Below, piece after piece: positions 1 through 10,804 of a DNA stretch of 64,000 nt. A program made the position numbers and the translations under genes. Below the pieces are notes generated by a model, which made no database searches, was not told the DNA's origin, and worked only from the letters and a program-made list of their open reading frames with translations. Source of the stretch: Confluentibacter lentus (lineage in GTDB: Bacteria > Bacteroidota > Bacteroidia > Flavobacteriales > Flavobacteriaceae); assembly GCF_002806995.1 (NCBI RefSeq), contig NZ_NIHE01000002.1, positions 526,778-590,777 on the forward strand. The letters are read 5' to 3'. How positions within the stretch are numbered: the stretch's first letter is position 1; every line of letters begins with the position of its first letter.

Positions 1-990
1 TGGTAATAATTGTTCGTATTTAATTCCTACTAAATCTTTGCCAATAAATTCCTTTACAACATAAAATGGAATCTTTTTATCATCCGCTTTGTAATTTAAT
101 AATTCCGCTTTTGTTTCGACTAGATGAAACTTTCCTGAAAATTGGTAGTTCACTAATTTTTTAGCCAAAACCACATTTATTGGCTGGAAAGTATATTGGT
201 TGTATGTTTCAACTAAAACATATTCAATTTTAGGACCAACAGTCAACGCTGTATTTGAAGGCAGTGTCCATGGGGTTGTCGTCCAAGCTAAGAAATAAAT
301 ATCTCCTTCATTTTGTAAAAATTTTGGAAGCGATTCTTCTATGGCTTTAAACTGCGCCACAACCGTTGTATCCGTAACATCTTGATACGTTCCCGGTTGG
401 TTCAACTCGTGTGAACTTAAACCAGTTCCTGCCTTTGGGGAATAGGGTTGAATCGTGTAACCCTTATATAATAAATTTTTATTATAAATTTCTTTTAGTA
501 ACCACCAAACACTTTCCATGTATTTTGGTTCGTAGGTAATGTATGGATGTTCCATATCTACCCAATAACCCATTTTTTCGGTGAGGTCGTTCCAAATATC
601 CGTGTAGCGCATCACGGCTTTGCGGCAAGCGGCATTATAATCTTCTACAGAAATGGTTTTGCCTATATCTTCTTTGGTAATGCCTAATTCCTTTTCAACG
701 CCAAGTTCAATCGGCAATCCGTGCGTATCCCAACCAGCTTTACGTTTTACTTGAAAACCTTTTTGGGTTTTGTAACGACAAAAAATATCTTTAATGGCAC
801 GTGCCATAACATGATGAATTCCTGGAAGTCCATTTGCTGAAGGTGGCCCTTCAAAAAACACAAACGATTCGTTGTTTTCCCTAGTGGAAATACTTTTTTC
901 AAATATGTTATTTTCTTGCCAATAGTTAAGAATTTCTTCTGCTACTTTTGGTAAGTCAAGTCCTTTATACTCAGGAAATTTTGCGCTCAT
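1..990 (-). CDS. ileS: isoleucyl-tRNA synthetase, N-terminal ~330 aa (gene continues beyond window start)
   Basis: Minus-strand translation from the ATG at ~988-990 gives MSAKFPEYKGLDLPKVAEEILNYWQ...FEGPPSANGLPGIHHVMARAIKD (class I HIGH-type motif) ...GWDTHGLPIE. This is a typical IleS N-terminus. The reading frame is open to position 1. Confidence 0.9.
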   Translation of the reverse strand, partial: MSAKFPEYKGLDLPKVAEEILNYWQENNIFEKSISTRENNESFVFFEGPPSANGLPGIHHVMARAIKDIFCRYKTQKGFQVKRKAGWDTHGLPIELGVEKELGITKEDIGKTISVEDYNAACRKAVMRYTDIWNDLTEKMGYWVDMEHPYITYEPKYMESVWWLLKEIYNKNLLYKGYTIQPYSPKAGTGLSSHELNQPGTYQDVTDTTVVAQFKAIEESLPKFLQNEGDIYFLAWTTTPWTLPSNTALTVGPKIEYVLVETYNQYTFQPINVVLAKKLVNYQFSGKFHLVETKAELLNYKADDKKIPFYVVKEFIGKDLVGIKYEQLLP

Positions 991-1078
991 TATATCCAAT
1001 TTCATTTCGATGCGCGAAAATAAGGAATTTTGATAAAAAAGTAACCTTAATAAGGTAAAAAACCATTAACTCTATGGA

Positions 1079-1543
1079 TTAGTGCGTTTCCTTAAATGCT
1101 TTTTGAAAACGCTTTGCCTTAGCTATGAAAAGTTTTTGTTCTTCTGGGCTTAAATTTTCTATGGAAACGACTTTGCTATTGTAGAGATATATTTTTTTAG
1201 GCTTCGAATTTCCCAAATGAGAACCAAAATAACTAAGCTTATTATTTTTAAAATAATACGTTTCGGTGATGGTTTTGTCGGTTGTTTCTACATTTGTAAT
1301 TTTTAATAATTCATTTGTTTCCTTATTAAAAAATACGGTGAATTTAAATTTTCCGATATCTTCAAATCCGTCGGTGTCTGTTAGGGCTCCTTCTGTAGTT
1401 TCAATCTCTAAGGCTTTGTCTGAATCTATTTTTGCGGAATGTAGTTCAACTTCTTTTACTAAAATTTCAGGGTTTTTAGATACCTTTGTACCACATGAAA
1501 CCAAAACAATAACCAACACCAAGTATAAAAAACGTTTTCTCAT
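1079..1543 (-). CDS. small lipoprotein of unknown function
   Basis: 154-aa ORF. N-terminus MRKRFLYLVLVIVLVSCG is a signal peptide with a lipobox Cys. I recognise no catalytic motif. Confidence 0.55.
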   Translation of the reverse strand: MRKRFLYLVLVIVLVSCGTKVSKNPEILVKEVELHSAKIDSDKALEIETTEGALTDTDGFEDIGKFKFTVFFNKETNELLKITNVETTDKTITETYYFKNNKLSYFGSHLGNSKPKKIYLYNSKVVSIENLSPEEQKLFIAKAKRFQKAFKETH

Positions 1544-1552
1544 GTTACAAAT

Positions 1553-1592
1553 TTAAATAAAAAAAACCAAAACAGTTGTTTTGGTTTTTGAT
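1553..1592. terminator. Rho-independent terminator hairpin, accCAAAACAgttgTTTTGGt, flanked by an A-run and a T-run (usable from either strand)
   Basis: Perfect 9-bp stem with a 2-nt loop. On the minus strand it is followed by T8. It lies immediately downstream of the stop of the 1613-5338 gene. Confidence 0.65.
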
Positions 1593-1612
1593 GTCAAATT
1601 CAAATTATTATT

Positions 1613-4600
1613 TTAATTAATTATTATTTTTTTTGTAAAAACCTGGTTGGTATCTGTTCTAAAATAAACTACATAGGCACCACTTGCCATACTTGGAATA
1701 TTCACTCCATTAATTAACTGGTCTTGTGATACATTATTGAATTCAGCAGTAGTTTGACCTAACATATTTACAATAGCCAATTTAGTTACCAAAGCGTTTA
1801 ATTTTTTGGCAAACAATTTACGTTCAGAATTCTTGTAATAAATAAAATTCTCAGTGATTTTAGATTCTTGAACATCCAAACTTTTTTCCTCAGATTGGAA
1901 AACAATTTCAAACCTTTCATTAAACTTACCTTGCTCTGAAGTGAAGCTATAAGGTTTGCTCTCTTTTAAATTGAAATATGTTCCTGTAAAATTATCCTTT
2001 AAATAAATCTCTTGGGAATCATCGATATTTTCAAGGTCTGTTATCTTTATTTCAAATGAATTACTTCCAGATGATTTAAAATTCAATGGCACAACTTTGT
2101 CATTTGTTATTTGACTGTAGGCTTGGATATTCATATCCAAACCATCTAAGTTTAAATGTATATCATTGTTGTTTATATCTGTGTTTTCAGCATCATAACC
2201 ATAATCAAAGTCATCAGAAGTAACATCACTAAATCCTAAAAGCAGTTCCCTTTTGGTAGCTGGCCCAGTTACAGAATTAAGCTCTAAACGTATCTTTTTA
2301 AATTCTTCCTCTACTTCATCTGTACTTTCTGAAATACTTTCACTTTCTGATTTACCTGAAGTTCCTTTAAAAAATACCGAGCCATTGTTATAAGTCTTAT
2401 CTGCATCTGCTTCTTTAATAAACAAACGCTGACCATTATTAAATTCTAATTTTCCATCAGCAATAATTTCTACCATAAATGCCTGTCCTACTGGAAGATA
2501 TTTTGTTGGGGTTAATGTACCGTCTTGCGACCCTTTAGTGGCTCCATATATCCCAACAAATTGATAAGCTCTTACAGAACCTAATTTGTTTACCATAGCG
2601 TAACCCCCGTTATAATCTTTAAGATTATGTGAGTTACCACTCCATTGTTGCCATAATTGTAAATTACCACTTATAATACCTTTATTGTCATTAATAAATT
2701 TACTTATATTAAGTGCTGAAGGGTAAGGATTTCCCACTAAATAAGTGGTTGCAGATACTGAAGGCACTGACCCCTTCCCCCCTTTATCTTTAACATCTAT
2801 TAAAATGGTACCATTATTTGGTTTACCTTCAAAAATATATTGCTGTTGCATACCTACAATGCCACTTCCTTTTTGAGTATAGCCAACACCTGGGCTTATA
2901 TTGGTGGTTTTAGTTAATTTGCCCCAGTCATAATAGGTAACGCCATTTTTAAATGTGTATAACCAGTAGGTGCTTATATTGCCATTTGCTGTATATCCAT
3001 TGGTAAATTGCATATTTAAACCATTACCATCTTTAAGGAGTTCTAACCTAAAAGCAGAATTATTAGCGTTGTTGATTGAACCATTGTTATTTGATAAGGT
3101 TGTTGCAATCGTAGCACCAACTGGCGATGACCAATAGTTATACCAAAAAGGATTTGAAGCCCCTTCTTGTCTTCTTAAAATTTTTCCGTTTGCAGAAGTT
3201 ACCAAATCGCTGTTAATGGTTTGTATTAATTGTGAATCATTCAATAAATCCAGTTTGCCGTTCAACTCTAAATACCAGTTATTTTCAACTAAATTATCCC
3301 CTTTAACTGTTAATGTTTTTTCAGAATCAATTATCAATCCACTTGTTTTAAATGAACCTTCAACAGTGACATTACTAGCAATTTTTATAATACTCCAATC
3401 TTTATTATTTGTAATTCTTTCGATATCCCAAACATCCCCATGAAGCCATGTTGAGGCATTTGTCCAATCGCCATCATTTGCTGAAACATAAGGCATTGGT
3501 GCTGTTTGTTCTTGAATGGTTTTTAGATTATATAGTTTAAGATCATGGTCATAACCAGAAAAATCTAAAATGGTTCTATCCTTAACATCGGTCATGGGGT
3601 AATAGGCCAATAAATTAGTCCAAGATACCGTGTTACCTGTATCTTTTTCCTGAATATCTTTTTTTACAATAATGCCTTTTACTATATCAGAATTATTTTC
3701 AATTTCTTGATAAACCATTTGATGTATTTGGTCTTCAGATAATGCTACGTTAAAAACCCTAACTTCATCAATATTTCCTTTAAAATATTGCCCATCAGTT
3801 TGTTTGTTTGAAAATCTTCCTATCTCAAATGTTTTATTGGTATTTTGACTTACAGCGATTGGCTTATCCTTTTTCCCAACGTTCTTTTTCTCTATTAAAA
3901 AACCATCAACATATAGCATTATCAAGCCAGTAGCACTAGAGTAACTCCCTGTAATATGATGCCATTCATCAAAATTAATGGTACTGCAATTTTTGCAATC
4001 TCCAGCAGTTTTCTCTTTACCTTCCGTAGTTGTTATTGTAAATACAGGTTTATTACCGCCTTTTAATGATAATTGACAAGCTAAATCTTCACCTACAATA
4101 ACCATATCTGCTGTGTTTCCTTTGTCAGATTTTACCCAAGCCATAATAGTGACATCATCCGAACCGTCTATAAATGAATCTCCAGATACATAATTATCAA
4201 TACCATTAAAATATAAAGTAGCACTAGATGGCGGGGTTGATTCAAAATAATCTGAATCATCATCTTTAGATGCCATATTTATTTTATAATCTTCAATTTC
4301 TCCTGATTGATAATTATAATCGCACGCTGTAAAATTAGTATCGGTGCCTGTTCTAAAACCAACTCGCAACATTGTAAAACCTGTGGGTGTAGAATCTGGT
4401 ATTGGAATACTTATGGGTATGTTTACAACTTTATTACCACCAATATTTCTGTTATCTCGCACCGTAAATAGAAAACGTTCTCCTGGATCATTAAAATCAT
4501 CATCTTCATTTTCATTGAAGTTCATCCAAACTACAAGTGTATTTGAGTTTGTGTTCCAACCGTTCATCGTGACACTTACAGTACCATTTATTGTTTCACC

Positions 4601-5338
4601 AACTAAAAGATCAGTTGCTGCTACCGAAGAATAATAAGTATAACCTCCTGTTGAACCTGAGCTACTATTGTTGATACTTCCAAATGTAACATTGGAAATA
4701 TAATTTACATTAAAATTACCTCTATTTGAAGGCACGCAATAATTAGGTTGGTAAACAATATCCCCAGAATCAGTTGAACCCGATATAATATTAATTTTAT
4801 AATCTTCAATATCTCCAGCTTGCCAATTGTAATCACATGATGTGAAATTGGTTGCATCACTTGTTCTAAAACCTATTCGAATTCTAGAAGCTCCCGATGG
4901 TGTATTACTAGGTATTGGAATACTTATTGGCACATTTACAGTTTTATTGCCCCCAACACTATTATTATCTCTTATGGTGAACAAAAAGCGTTCACCACTA
5001 TCTTCAAAATCGTCATCGGCATTTTCATTAAAATTTACCCAAACTGCTACGGTATTTGTGTTGGTGTTCCAGCCATTCATAGTAACGCTTATGGTACCTG
5101 TTATTGTTTGACCAGCAGTCACATCAGTTGCAGCTACTGAAGAATAATAGTTGTAACCACCTGTCGTTCCAGAGCTTGAATTATCGATGCTTCCAAACTT
5201 GACTTTTGAAATATAATTGACATTAAAATTTCCAATGTTTGTTGGAGTGCAATATTGAGCTTGGATATGCCCAATTGTAAAAAATCCAAAAAATAGTAAT
5301 AAAACCCAGTAATGGGAATTTGAGTAATTTTTTTCCAT
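1613..5338 (-). CDS. giant T9SS-secreted surface protein: signal peptide, two tandem GEVED-type domains, a LamG/concanavalin-like domain, and a C-terminal type IX secretion sorting domain
   Basis: 1241 aa. N-terminal signal peptide (MEKNYSNSHYWVLLLFFGFFTIGHIQAQ). Two ~160-aa repeats each end in CDYNWQAGDIEDYKINI / CDYNYQSGEIEDYKINM (GEVED-like motif). A LamG-like stretch follows (DDVTIMAWVKSD...LIMLYVDGF). The C-terminus (...GAYVVYFRTDTNQVFTKKIIIN) is typical of the T9SS type-A C-terminal domain. Confidence 0.8.
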   Translation of the reverse strand: MEKNYSNSHYWVLLLFFGFFTIGHIQAQYCTPTNIGNFNVNYISKVKFGSIDNSSSGTTGGYNYYSSVAATDVTAGQTITGTISVTMNGWNTNTNTVAVWVNFNENADDDFEDSGERFLFTIRDNNSVGGNKTVNVPISIPIPSNTPSGASRIRIGFRTSDATNFTSCDYNWQAGDIEDYKINIISGSTDSGDIVYQPNYCVPSNRGNFNVNYISNVTFGSINNSSSGSTGGYTYYSSVAATDLLVGETINGTVSVTMNGWNTNSNTLVVWMNFNENEDDDFNDPGERFLFTVRDNRNIGGNKVVNIPISIPIPDSTPTGFTMLRVGFRTGTDTNFTACDYNYQSGEIEDYKINMASKDDDSDYFESTPPSSATLYFNGIDNYVSGDSFIDGSDDVTIMAWVKSDKGNTADMVIVGEDLACQLSLKGGNKPVFTITTTEGKEKTAGDCKNCSTINFDEWHHITGSYSSATGLIMLYVDGFLIEKKNVGKKDKPIAVSQNTNKTFEIGRFSNKQTDGQYFKGNIDEVRVFNVALSEDQIHQMVYQEIENNSDIVKGIIVKKDIQEKDTGNTVSWTNLLAYYPMTDVKDRTILDFSGYDHDLKLYNLKTIQEQTAPMPYVSANDGDWTNASTWLHGDVWDIERITNNKDWSIIKIASNVTVEGSFKTSGLIIDSEKTLTVKGDNLVENNWYLELNGKLDLLNDSQLIQTINSDLVTSANGKILRRQEGASNPFWYNYWSSPVGATIATTLSNNNGSINNANNSAFRLELLKDGNGLNMQFTNGYTANGNISTYWLYTFKNGVTYYDWGKLTKTTNISPGVGYTQKGSGIVGMQQQYIFEGKPNNGTILIDVKDKGGKGSVPSVSATTYLVGNPYPSALNISKFINDNKGIISGNLQLWQQWSGNSHNLKDYNGGYAMVNKLGSVRAYQFVGIYGATKGSQDGTLTPTKYLPVGQAFMVEIIADGKLEFNNGQRLFIKEADADKTYNNGSVFFKGTSGKSESESISESTDEVEEEFKKIRLELNSVTGPATKRELLLGFSDVTSDDFDYGYDAENTDINNNDIHLNLDGLDMNIQAYSQITNDKVVPLNFKSSGSNSFEIKITDLENIDDSQEIYLKDNFTGTYFNLKESKPYSFTSEQGKFNERFEIVFQSEEKSLDVQESKITENFIYYKNSERKLFAKKLNALVTKLAIVNMLGQTTAEFNNVSQDQLINGVNIPSMASGAYVVYFRTDTNQVFTKKIIIN

Positions 5339-5679
5339 AAGTTAGAATTAATAGCTTGGGGCTATTTGATTACCTGTACTAACGTAAATAATAGTAAAAT
5401 GGATTTAAACTTTGAGGGAAATTGCTAATTGTTAAAAAAAAATCACTTAATTCTTATACAATTAACACTGCAATATTAGAAATTAATCATGATATTAACA
5501 AAGAAAAGGTAATTTATTTTTCGATTAAGTGATTAAAAAACCCGACAAATAACATGGTTATGGATATAAAAAATGAAATATAGTTAACTTGAATTTAATC
5601 TTTAATTTAAAAAAAATATAATTAAATCATTGATTTTCAATAATATAAACAAAAATATTTATTTATATTAAATAAGTAT

Positions 5680-7038
5680 TTAAACCAAAATACCTACCAA
5701 ATCTTCAATTTTTGAAATCAATTGAATTTTAATGAGAGTATTTTTAAGTGCTATTTTGTTATATTTAGAAACAAAAATGGTGGAAAATCCTAATTTTTCA
5801 GCTTCCAATATCCGTTGTTCCACGCGTTGAACTGGCCTAATTTCACCAGATAATCCAACCTCAGCAGCAAAACACACGTCTTTTTGCAAAGCAACATCTT
5901 CATTAGAAGATAAAATAGCGGCAACTACAGCTAAATCTATAGCCGGATCATCTACATTAATACCGCCAGTAATATTTAAAAAAACATCTTTAGCACCCAA
6001 GCGAAAGCCAGCACGTTTTTCTAGAACTGCCAAAAGCATATTTAATCGCTTGGCATTAAAACCGGTTGCACTGCGTTGTGGCGTTCCATAAACTGCCGTA
6101 CTCACTAATGCTTGAACTTCAATCATTAATGGGCGCATGCCTTCTAAGGTTGCGGCAATAGCATTTCCAGATAATTCTTCATCTTTCTTAGAAATCAATA
6201 TTTCCGATGGGTTGGAAACTTCACGCAATCCAGAACCTTGCATTTCATATATACCAAGTTCATTTGTAGAACCAAATCTATTTTTATGCGCCCTTAAAAT
6301 TCTGAACACATGGTTTCTGTCGCCTTCAAATTGCAGCACGGTATCCACCATGTGCTCTAAAATTTTCGGCCCCGCTATATTTCCATCTTTAGTGATATGC
6401 CCTATAAGAACTACGGGGGTTGCGGTTTCTTTTGCAAACTTAATTAACTCAGCCGTACATTCCTTTATTTGTGAAATACTTCCAGAAGATGACTCGATAT
6501 AATCACTATGCAACGTTTGAATGGAATCAATAATCACAATATCGGGCTCTAAAACTTCAATTTGTTTAAAAATATTTTGGGTTTTGGTCTCAGTTAAAAT
6601 GTAACAATTATTATTACTAGGATTAATACGTTCGGCACGCATTTTTATTTGTTTCTGACTTTCTTCACCAGAAACATACAAAGTTTTATAAGGTAATTTT
6701 AATGAGATTTGAAGTAGCAAAGTGCTTTTTCCAATACCCGGTTCACCGCCCAACAAAGTTAAAGAACCAGGCACAATACCACCGCCCAATACTCTGTTGA
6801 ATTCACCATCAAAAGTATCCAATCGAATTTCATTAGACGCATCTATGTCTTTTATTTTTAATGGTATGGTGGCTTTTTTTACTGTTGATATTGGTGATTT
6901 CCAATCGCTTTTCTCTGGTGTTTGAATCACTTCTTCAACAATGGTATTCCACTCTTTACAAGCCGTGCATTGCCCTTGCCACTTGGCATATTGATTGCCA
7001 CAACTCTGACAAAAAAAAGTCGTTTTTAATTTAGCCAT
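5680..7038 (-). CDS. radA: DNA repair protein RadA
   Basis: 452 aa. N-terminal C4 zinc finger (CQSCGNQYAKWQGQCTACKEW), Walker A (GEPGIGKST) and a Lon-protease-like C-terminal domain. Confidence 0.92.
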   Translation of the reverse strand: MAKLKTTFFCQSCGNQYAKWQGQCTACKEWNTIVEEVIQTPEKSDWKSPISTVKKATIPLKIKDIDASNEIRLDTFDGEFNRVLGGGIVPGSLTLLGGEPGIGKSTLLLQISLKLPYKTLYVSGEESQKQIKMRAERINPSNNNCYILTETKTQNIFKQIEVLEPDIVIIDSIQTLHSDYIESSSGSISQIKECTAELIKFAKETATPVVLIGHITKDGNIAGPKILEHMVDTVLQFEGDRNHVFRILRAHKNRFGSTNELGIYEMQGSGLREVSNPSEILISKKDEELSGNAIAATLEGMRPLMIEVQALVSTAVYGTPQRSATGFNAKRLNMLLAVLEKRAGFRLGAKDVFLNITGGINVDDPAIDLAVVAAILSSNEDVALQKDVCFAAEVGLSGEIRPVQRVEQRILEAEKLGFSTIFVSKYNKIALKNTLIKIQLISKIEDLVGILV

Positions 7039-7092
7039 ATTCCTATCCTAACCTCTCAAAAGGAGAGGAATTAATTCTGTTATCAATTTATA

Positions 7093-8244
7093 TTAGTAAC
7101 CAAAATCGGCTTTAATGGCATCTGATTTTTCTAACATTAAATCTTTCGTAATACCTGCAATTTCTTCAAGAATATAAGCCGATTGATAGGTCTTCATTGC
7201 TTTTTTTGGATCTCCTGTCTCTTCATGGAAACGCCCTATATAATAACTTCCTAAAAGCGTTTTTGGATATTCCTTTGTCGCCATTTTACCCAATTCTTCA
7301 TAATATTCGAACTTTTCAGTTTTTTCTATAGCTGCGGAAATAGCTTTAAAATCGTTAATAAGAATTTGTTTTTCTATCCCAAACAAGTCTTTTATAGTTT
7401 GATATTTTTCCTGTAAATAAGTGACTGGGGACGTATCTAATTTAAGTATGGTTTCTTGATATTCCTTTTTACTGATGGGTTGAAAAACATGAAAAATACT
7501 CTCTAAAGCATTTGGCAGTGCATGTGCTGGAACGGAATAATGCGTTGGATTTTCAAAGGTATCGTATTTATATAAAAGGTTTTTGTTATCAATAGCTTTA
7601 ACATCAGCATTTAAGGCTTCGGTCATTTTTTTAATGGACTCCGAATCGTTATTGGTTGTTGCTAAATAATAAAATGTTTTTGTTTGTATTTTAGACAACC
7701 GTTCCGGAAGATACGTTATCATTTTAGGCGCCAATTCTGGACTTATCACTATATAAGCTTGAAATAACGGTTGTTCTTTAAGCAAATAATAATTTATGAA
7801 ATTGGCTGTTTCTCCATGTCCAATCGCTACTTTAAATTTTCCTGTTCTGTATGTGGTTTCAATAAATGGAATAAGTTCTGCTCCAATAAACTCAAAAAAA
7901 GCAGCTCCAGTTTCTACAGGTAATGAGTTTTGTGAAGAATACATGGAATCCTCAAACCGATCATCGAATTGATTGACCCCAACTACAATAGCTTCGGGCA
8001 TATCTTCCCAATAGGTATAATAATCAACATTTCCAGCCACTGCTTCAAATAAATAGTCGCCATCCAACACAATGAACAACGGGTAGCTTTTATCTTTATC
8101 GTTGTTATAGCCTCTTGGCAATTGTATTTTTAATTCCCTTGTTTTGCCAAGCTTTGAAGATTCTAGTGTTTTATATATGACTTGAGCATCCATAAAACTT
8201 GTAGAAGACATTACAAGTAATAGGTAAATGATTGATTTCTTCAT
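7093..8244 (-). CDS. secreted alpha/beta-hydrolase, putative esterase (enterochelin-esterase-like) with a C-terminal helical extension
   Basis: 383 aa. Signal peptide MKKSIIYLLLVMSSTSFMDAQ. Esterase-family pattern (PLFIVLDGDYLF...GHGETANF). Confidence 0.6.
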   Translation of the reverse strand: MKKSIIYLLLVMSSTSFMDAQVIYKTLESSKLGKTRELKIQLPRGYNNDKDKSYPLFIVLDGDYLFEAVAGNVDYYTYWEDMPEAIVVGVNQFDDRFEDSMYSSQNSLPVETGAAFFEFIGAELIPFIETTYRTGKFKVAIGHGETANFINYYLLKEQPLFQAYIVISPELAPKMITYLPERLSKIQTKTFYYLATTNNDSESIKKMTEALNADVKAIDNKNLLYKYDTFENPTHYSVPAHALPNALESIFHVFQPISKKEYQETILKLDTSPVTYLQEKYQTIKDLFGIEKQILINDFKAISAAIEKTEKFEYYEELGKMATKEYPKTLLGSYYIGRFHEETGDPKKAMKTYQSAYILEEIAGITKDLMLEKSDAIKADFGY

Positions 8245-8333
8245 TTTAAAATGATTTGAGATTTAATATATGGCAAGGTAAGAAATAAGCCCTAACTTTT
8301 CAAACAGATGAAAATGAAATCTTCCGACTGTTT

Positions 8334-9302
8334 TTACAAGGCTTTATGGGCTTCTTTTCTATTGTAAATCGGTAAATAGATTAATGATAATCCGCCAAAA
8401 ATAATAATCATAAGTGTTTGTGCAAACCACATGATCCAACCAAAAGCAATACTAGGTTCTTCGGGGATATTAAAAATGGATAAAGCGGCATAAATGGCCA
8501 CAGGATAAGATCCTATCCCGCTGTTGGTAGCGGCAATACTAAAACTGCCAGCAATAAAACCAACCAAAACGGCGCCTAAGGGCAAATCCCCTAAATCTTT
8601 AAAAGCAAGAGACGTGACATAAAACATGAGCACATACATAGTCCATATAAACAGTGTATGAAAAATAAAGGCCCATTTTTTTTTCATTTTGAAAATACTA
8701 AACACCCCTTCAATTAAACCTTTAGCAAAAGTTCTTATTTTTAATGCCATTTTTGAGCTACTATTCTTTAAATATTTAAAAAGTAAGACTCCTAAAAAAA
8801 TGAACAAAACAAAGGCAATCACAATCTTTAAGGGATTGAATTTTTCAATTAGCAAACTGTATAAAAAATCAAATTCAATGAAGAGCGTTATAAATATAAT
8901 AGCAAACATCATAATTAAATCGGCTATTCTCTCAGACACAATAGTCCCAAATCCTTTTTCAAAAGGCACATCCTCGTAATTTGTTATGATGGTAGCCCTT
9001 GCAATTTCCCCAGCTCTTGGTATGGTATAATTAATTAAATATGCCGAAAAAATGGCCATCACGCTGTTATTAAACTTCATTTTATACCCTAAAGGCTCTA
9101 GCATAAACAACCAGCGATATGCTCTGGATAAATGGCTAAGAAACCCAAAAAACATACCCAATACAATCCACCTATAATCTGCTTCTTTAAAAAAAACAAT
9201 TAATTTATCAAAAGAAACTTTGTGTAATGAATACCAAACTAAAAAAACAGCCAAAAGTAATGGGAGAATGATTTTTAGTGCTTTAGATATTTTCGGATTC
9301 AA
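8334..9302 (-). CDS. flippase-like / lysylphosphatidylglycerol-synthase-TM-like (UPF0104) membrane protein
   Basis: 322 aa. Multi-pass hydrophobic profile. The N-terminus resembles YbhN/UPF0104-family proteins. Confidence 0.5.
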   Translation of the reverse strand: MNPKISKALKIILPLLLAVFLVWYSLHKVSFDKLIVFFKEADYRWIVLGMFFGFLSHLSRAYRWLFMLEPLGYKMKFNNSVMAIFSAYLINYTIPRAGEIARATIITNYEDVPFEKGFGTIVSERIADLIMMFAIIFITLFIEFDFLYSLLIEKFNPLKIVIAFVLFIFLGVLLFKYLKNSSSKMALKIRTFAKGLIEGVFSIFKMKKKWAFIFHTLFIWTMYVLMFYVTSLAFKDLGDLPLGAVLVGFIAGSFSIAATNSGIGSYPVAIYAALSIFNIPEEPSIAFGWIMWFAQTLMIIIFGGLSLIYLPIYNRKEAHKAL

Positions 9303-9306
9303 AAGT

Positions 9307-9657
9307 CTATTTTAGCAAGTTTGTGGCTTCGTCTGGAAAGACTAAAGAAGGTTTGAATACTTTTGCTTCTTCTATATCCATAAGAGCATATGTAATTAAA
9401 ATAAGGGTGTCTCCTACGGACACTTTTCTGGCGGCAGCGCCATTTAGTGTAATTTCCCCCGTATTTCTCGGTCCGGGAATTACATAGGTTTCTAATCGTT
9501 CACCATTATCGTTATTAACAACTTGAACTTTTTCGCCTTGTATGATGTTTGCTGCGTCCATTAAGTCTTCATCAATAGTAATACTACCAATGTAGTTAAG
9601 CTCAGCGCCAGTACATTTTACCCTGTGAATTTTAGATTTTACTACTTGAATTTGCAT
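9307..9657 (-). CDS. panD: aspartate 1-decarboxylase
   Basis: 116 aa. [36 protein letters not shown]... aligns with PanD throughout, including the G-S processing site region. Confidence 0.93.
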   Translation of the reverse strand: MQIQVVKSKIHRVKCTGAELNYIGSITIDEDLMDAANIIQGEKVQVVNNDNGERLETYVIPGPRNTGEITLNGAAARKVSVGDTLILITYALMDIEEAKVFKPSLVFPDEATNLLK

Positions 9658-9670
9658 GTGGTAAAGATAA

Positions 9671-10519
9671 TTAATTTAATGCGATATTGTCAATCAGCCT
9701 AACATCATCTGCATATACCGCTATAAATCCTCTATATTTTTTATTCTTAGATTTTCGTTTTAATAATTTTAGGGTATCGACATCTGCAATTATAAAATAT
9801 TCCAATTTTAACAACTGATGATTTGCAAACTGTTTTTCAACCCAGCTAGTTACCCAATTAGCACTTTTTGTGCCAAAATACATTTTGGCAGTTTTTAGTG
9901 TTTTATATATAAAAGGTGCCTCTTTAATGAACTCTGGCTTTAGTCGTGTATTTCTTGAACTCATTGCAAGACCATTAGTCTCCCGATGTATTTTACATCC
10001 AATCACATTTACGGGAATGTGCTGTTTTTTTACCAGCTTTTTAATAATTTGTAATTGCTGAAAATCTTTTTCTCCAAAATACGCATTGTTTGGTTTTATA
10101 ATATCGAAAAAACGTTTTACAACTGTGCCTACTCCATCAAAATGACCCTGACGAAATTTTCCTTCCATTTCAAATTCCAATCCATCAAAATCAAAACTTT
10201 CTGAAGCCGTTTTTCCTTCATAGATATCTTCAACGGTTGGCGCATAAATCAATAAATCCTTAGAGAGCGTTGCTAAAAGTGAGATGTCCTTTTCTAAAGT
10301 TCTTGGATATTTTTTAAGATCATCGGGATTATTAAACTGTGTTGGATTTACAAAAATACTTACCACAACCACATCATTATTTTGTGTTGCTTTTTCAACT
10401 AATGCCAAATGTCCTTGGTGCAATGCACCCATGGTTGGAACAAAACCAATGGTTTGTTGTTTTGCCTTATAAGTATCTAAAGTCGCAATAATATCCCTCT
10501 TTTCTGAAAAAACTTCCAC
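9671..10519 (-). CDS. panC: pantoate--beta-alanine ligase
   Basis: 282 aa. [15 protein letters not shown] (HIGH-like) and the PanC fold. It sits directly upstream of panD, the conserved pairing. Confidence 0.93.
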   Translation of the reverse strand: MEVFSEKRDIIATLDTYKAKQQTIGFVPTMGALHQGHLALVEKATQNNDVVVVSIFVNPTQFNNPDDLKKYPRTLEKDISLLATLSKDLLIYAPTVEDIYEGKTASESFDFDGLEFEMEGKFRQGHFDGVGTVVKRFFDIIKPNNAYFGEKDFQQLQIIKKLVKKQHIPVNVIGCKIHRETNGLAMSSRNTRLKPEFIKEAPFIYKTLKTAKMYFGTKSANWVTSWVEKQFANHQLLKLEYFIIADVDTLKLLKRKSKNKKYRGFIAVYADDVRLIDNIALN

Positions 10520-10804
10520 CTTTTATTATAAAATTTACGCTGGCAAACTTAAGATTTTACAATCAATCTGCATAAATTTTTGTACTTTTGCGTGTTTTTT
10601 ATTTTGAATTTTCAAAAGAAAGACATTTATGTAGCGCTCATAGACGATTTTTAAATTAGAAAAATCGCCTAAAACAGTTACATAAAATCATCAGAAACGG
10701 CAAAAGCAAACATATGAAATGAGCCACAACAATAAGTTTATACAAACCGAAGCGTTTAATGGCGAATTGCATCTGACCATTAAAAAACAAATAAATATAA
10801 GCAG

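Noticed and set aside
1266-5111. Plus-strand ORFs 1266-1556, 3216-3443, 4344-4634 and 4842-5111 from the six-frame track
   Set aside because: They lie entirely inside well-supported minus-strand genes (the lipoprotein and the giant T9SS protein). They are shadow ORFs with low-complexity translations. The two at 4344 and 4842 merely mirror the tandem duplication.
5433-5540. 11-bp inverted repeat AATCACTTAAT ... ATTAAGTGATT, 72 bp apart, in the 340-bp leader of the giant adhesin gene
   Set aside because: The arms are short and AT-rich, and could arise by chance in ~33%-GC DNA. It is noted only as a possible regulatory or invertible-promoter feature. I found no flanking recombinase gene to support phase variation.
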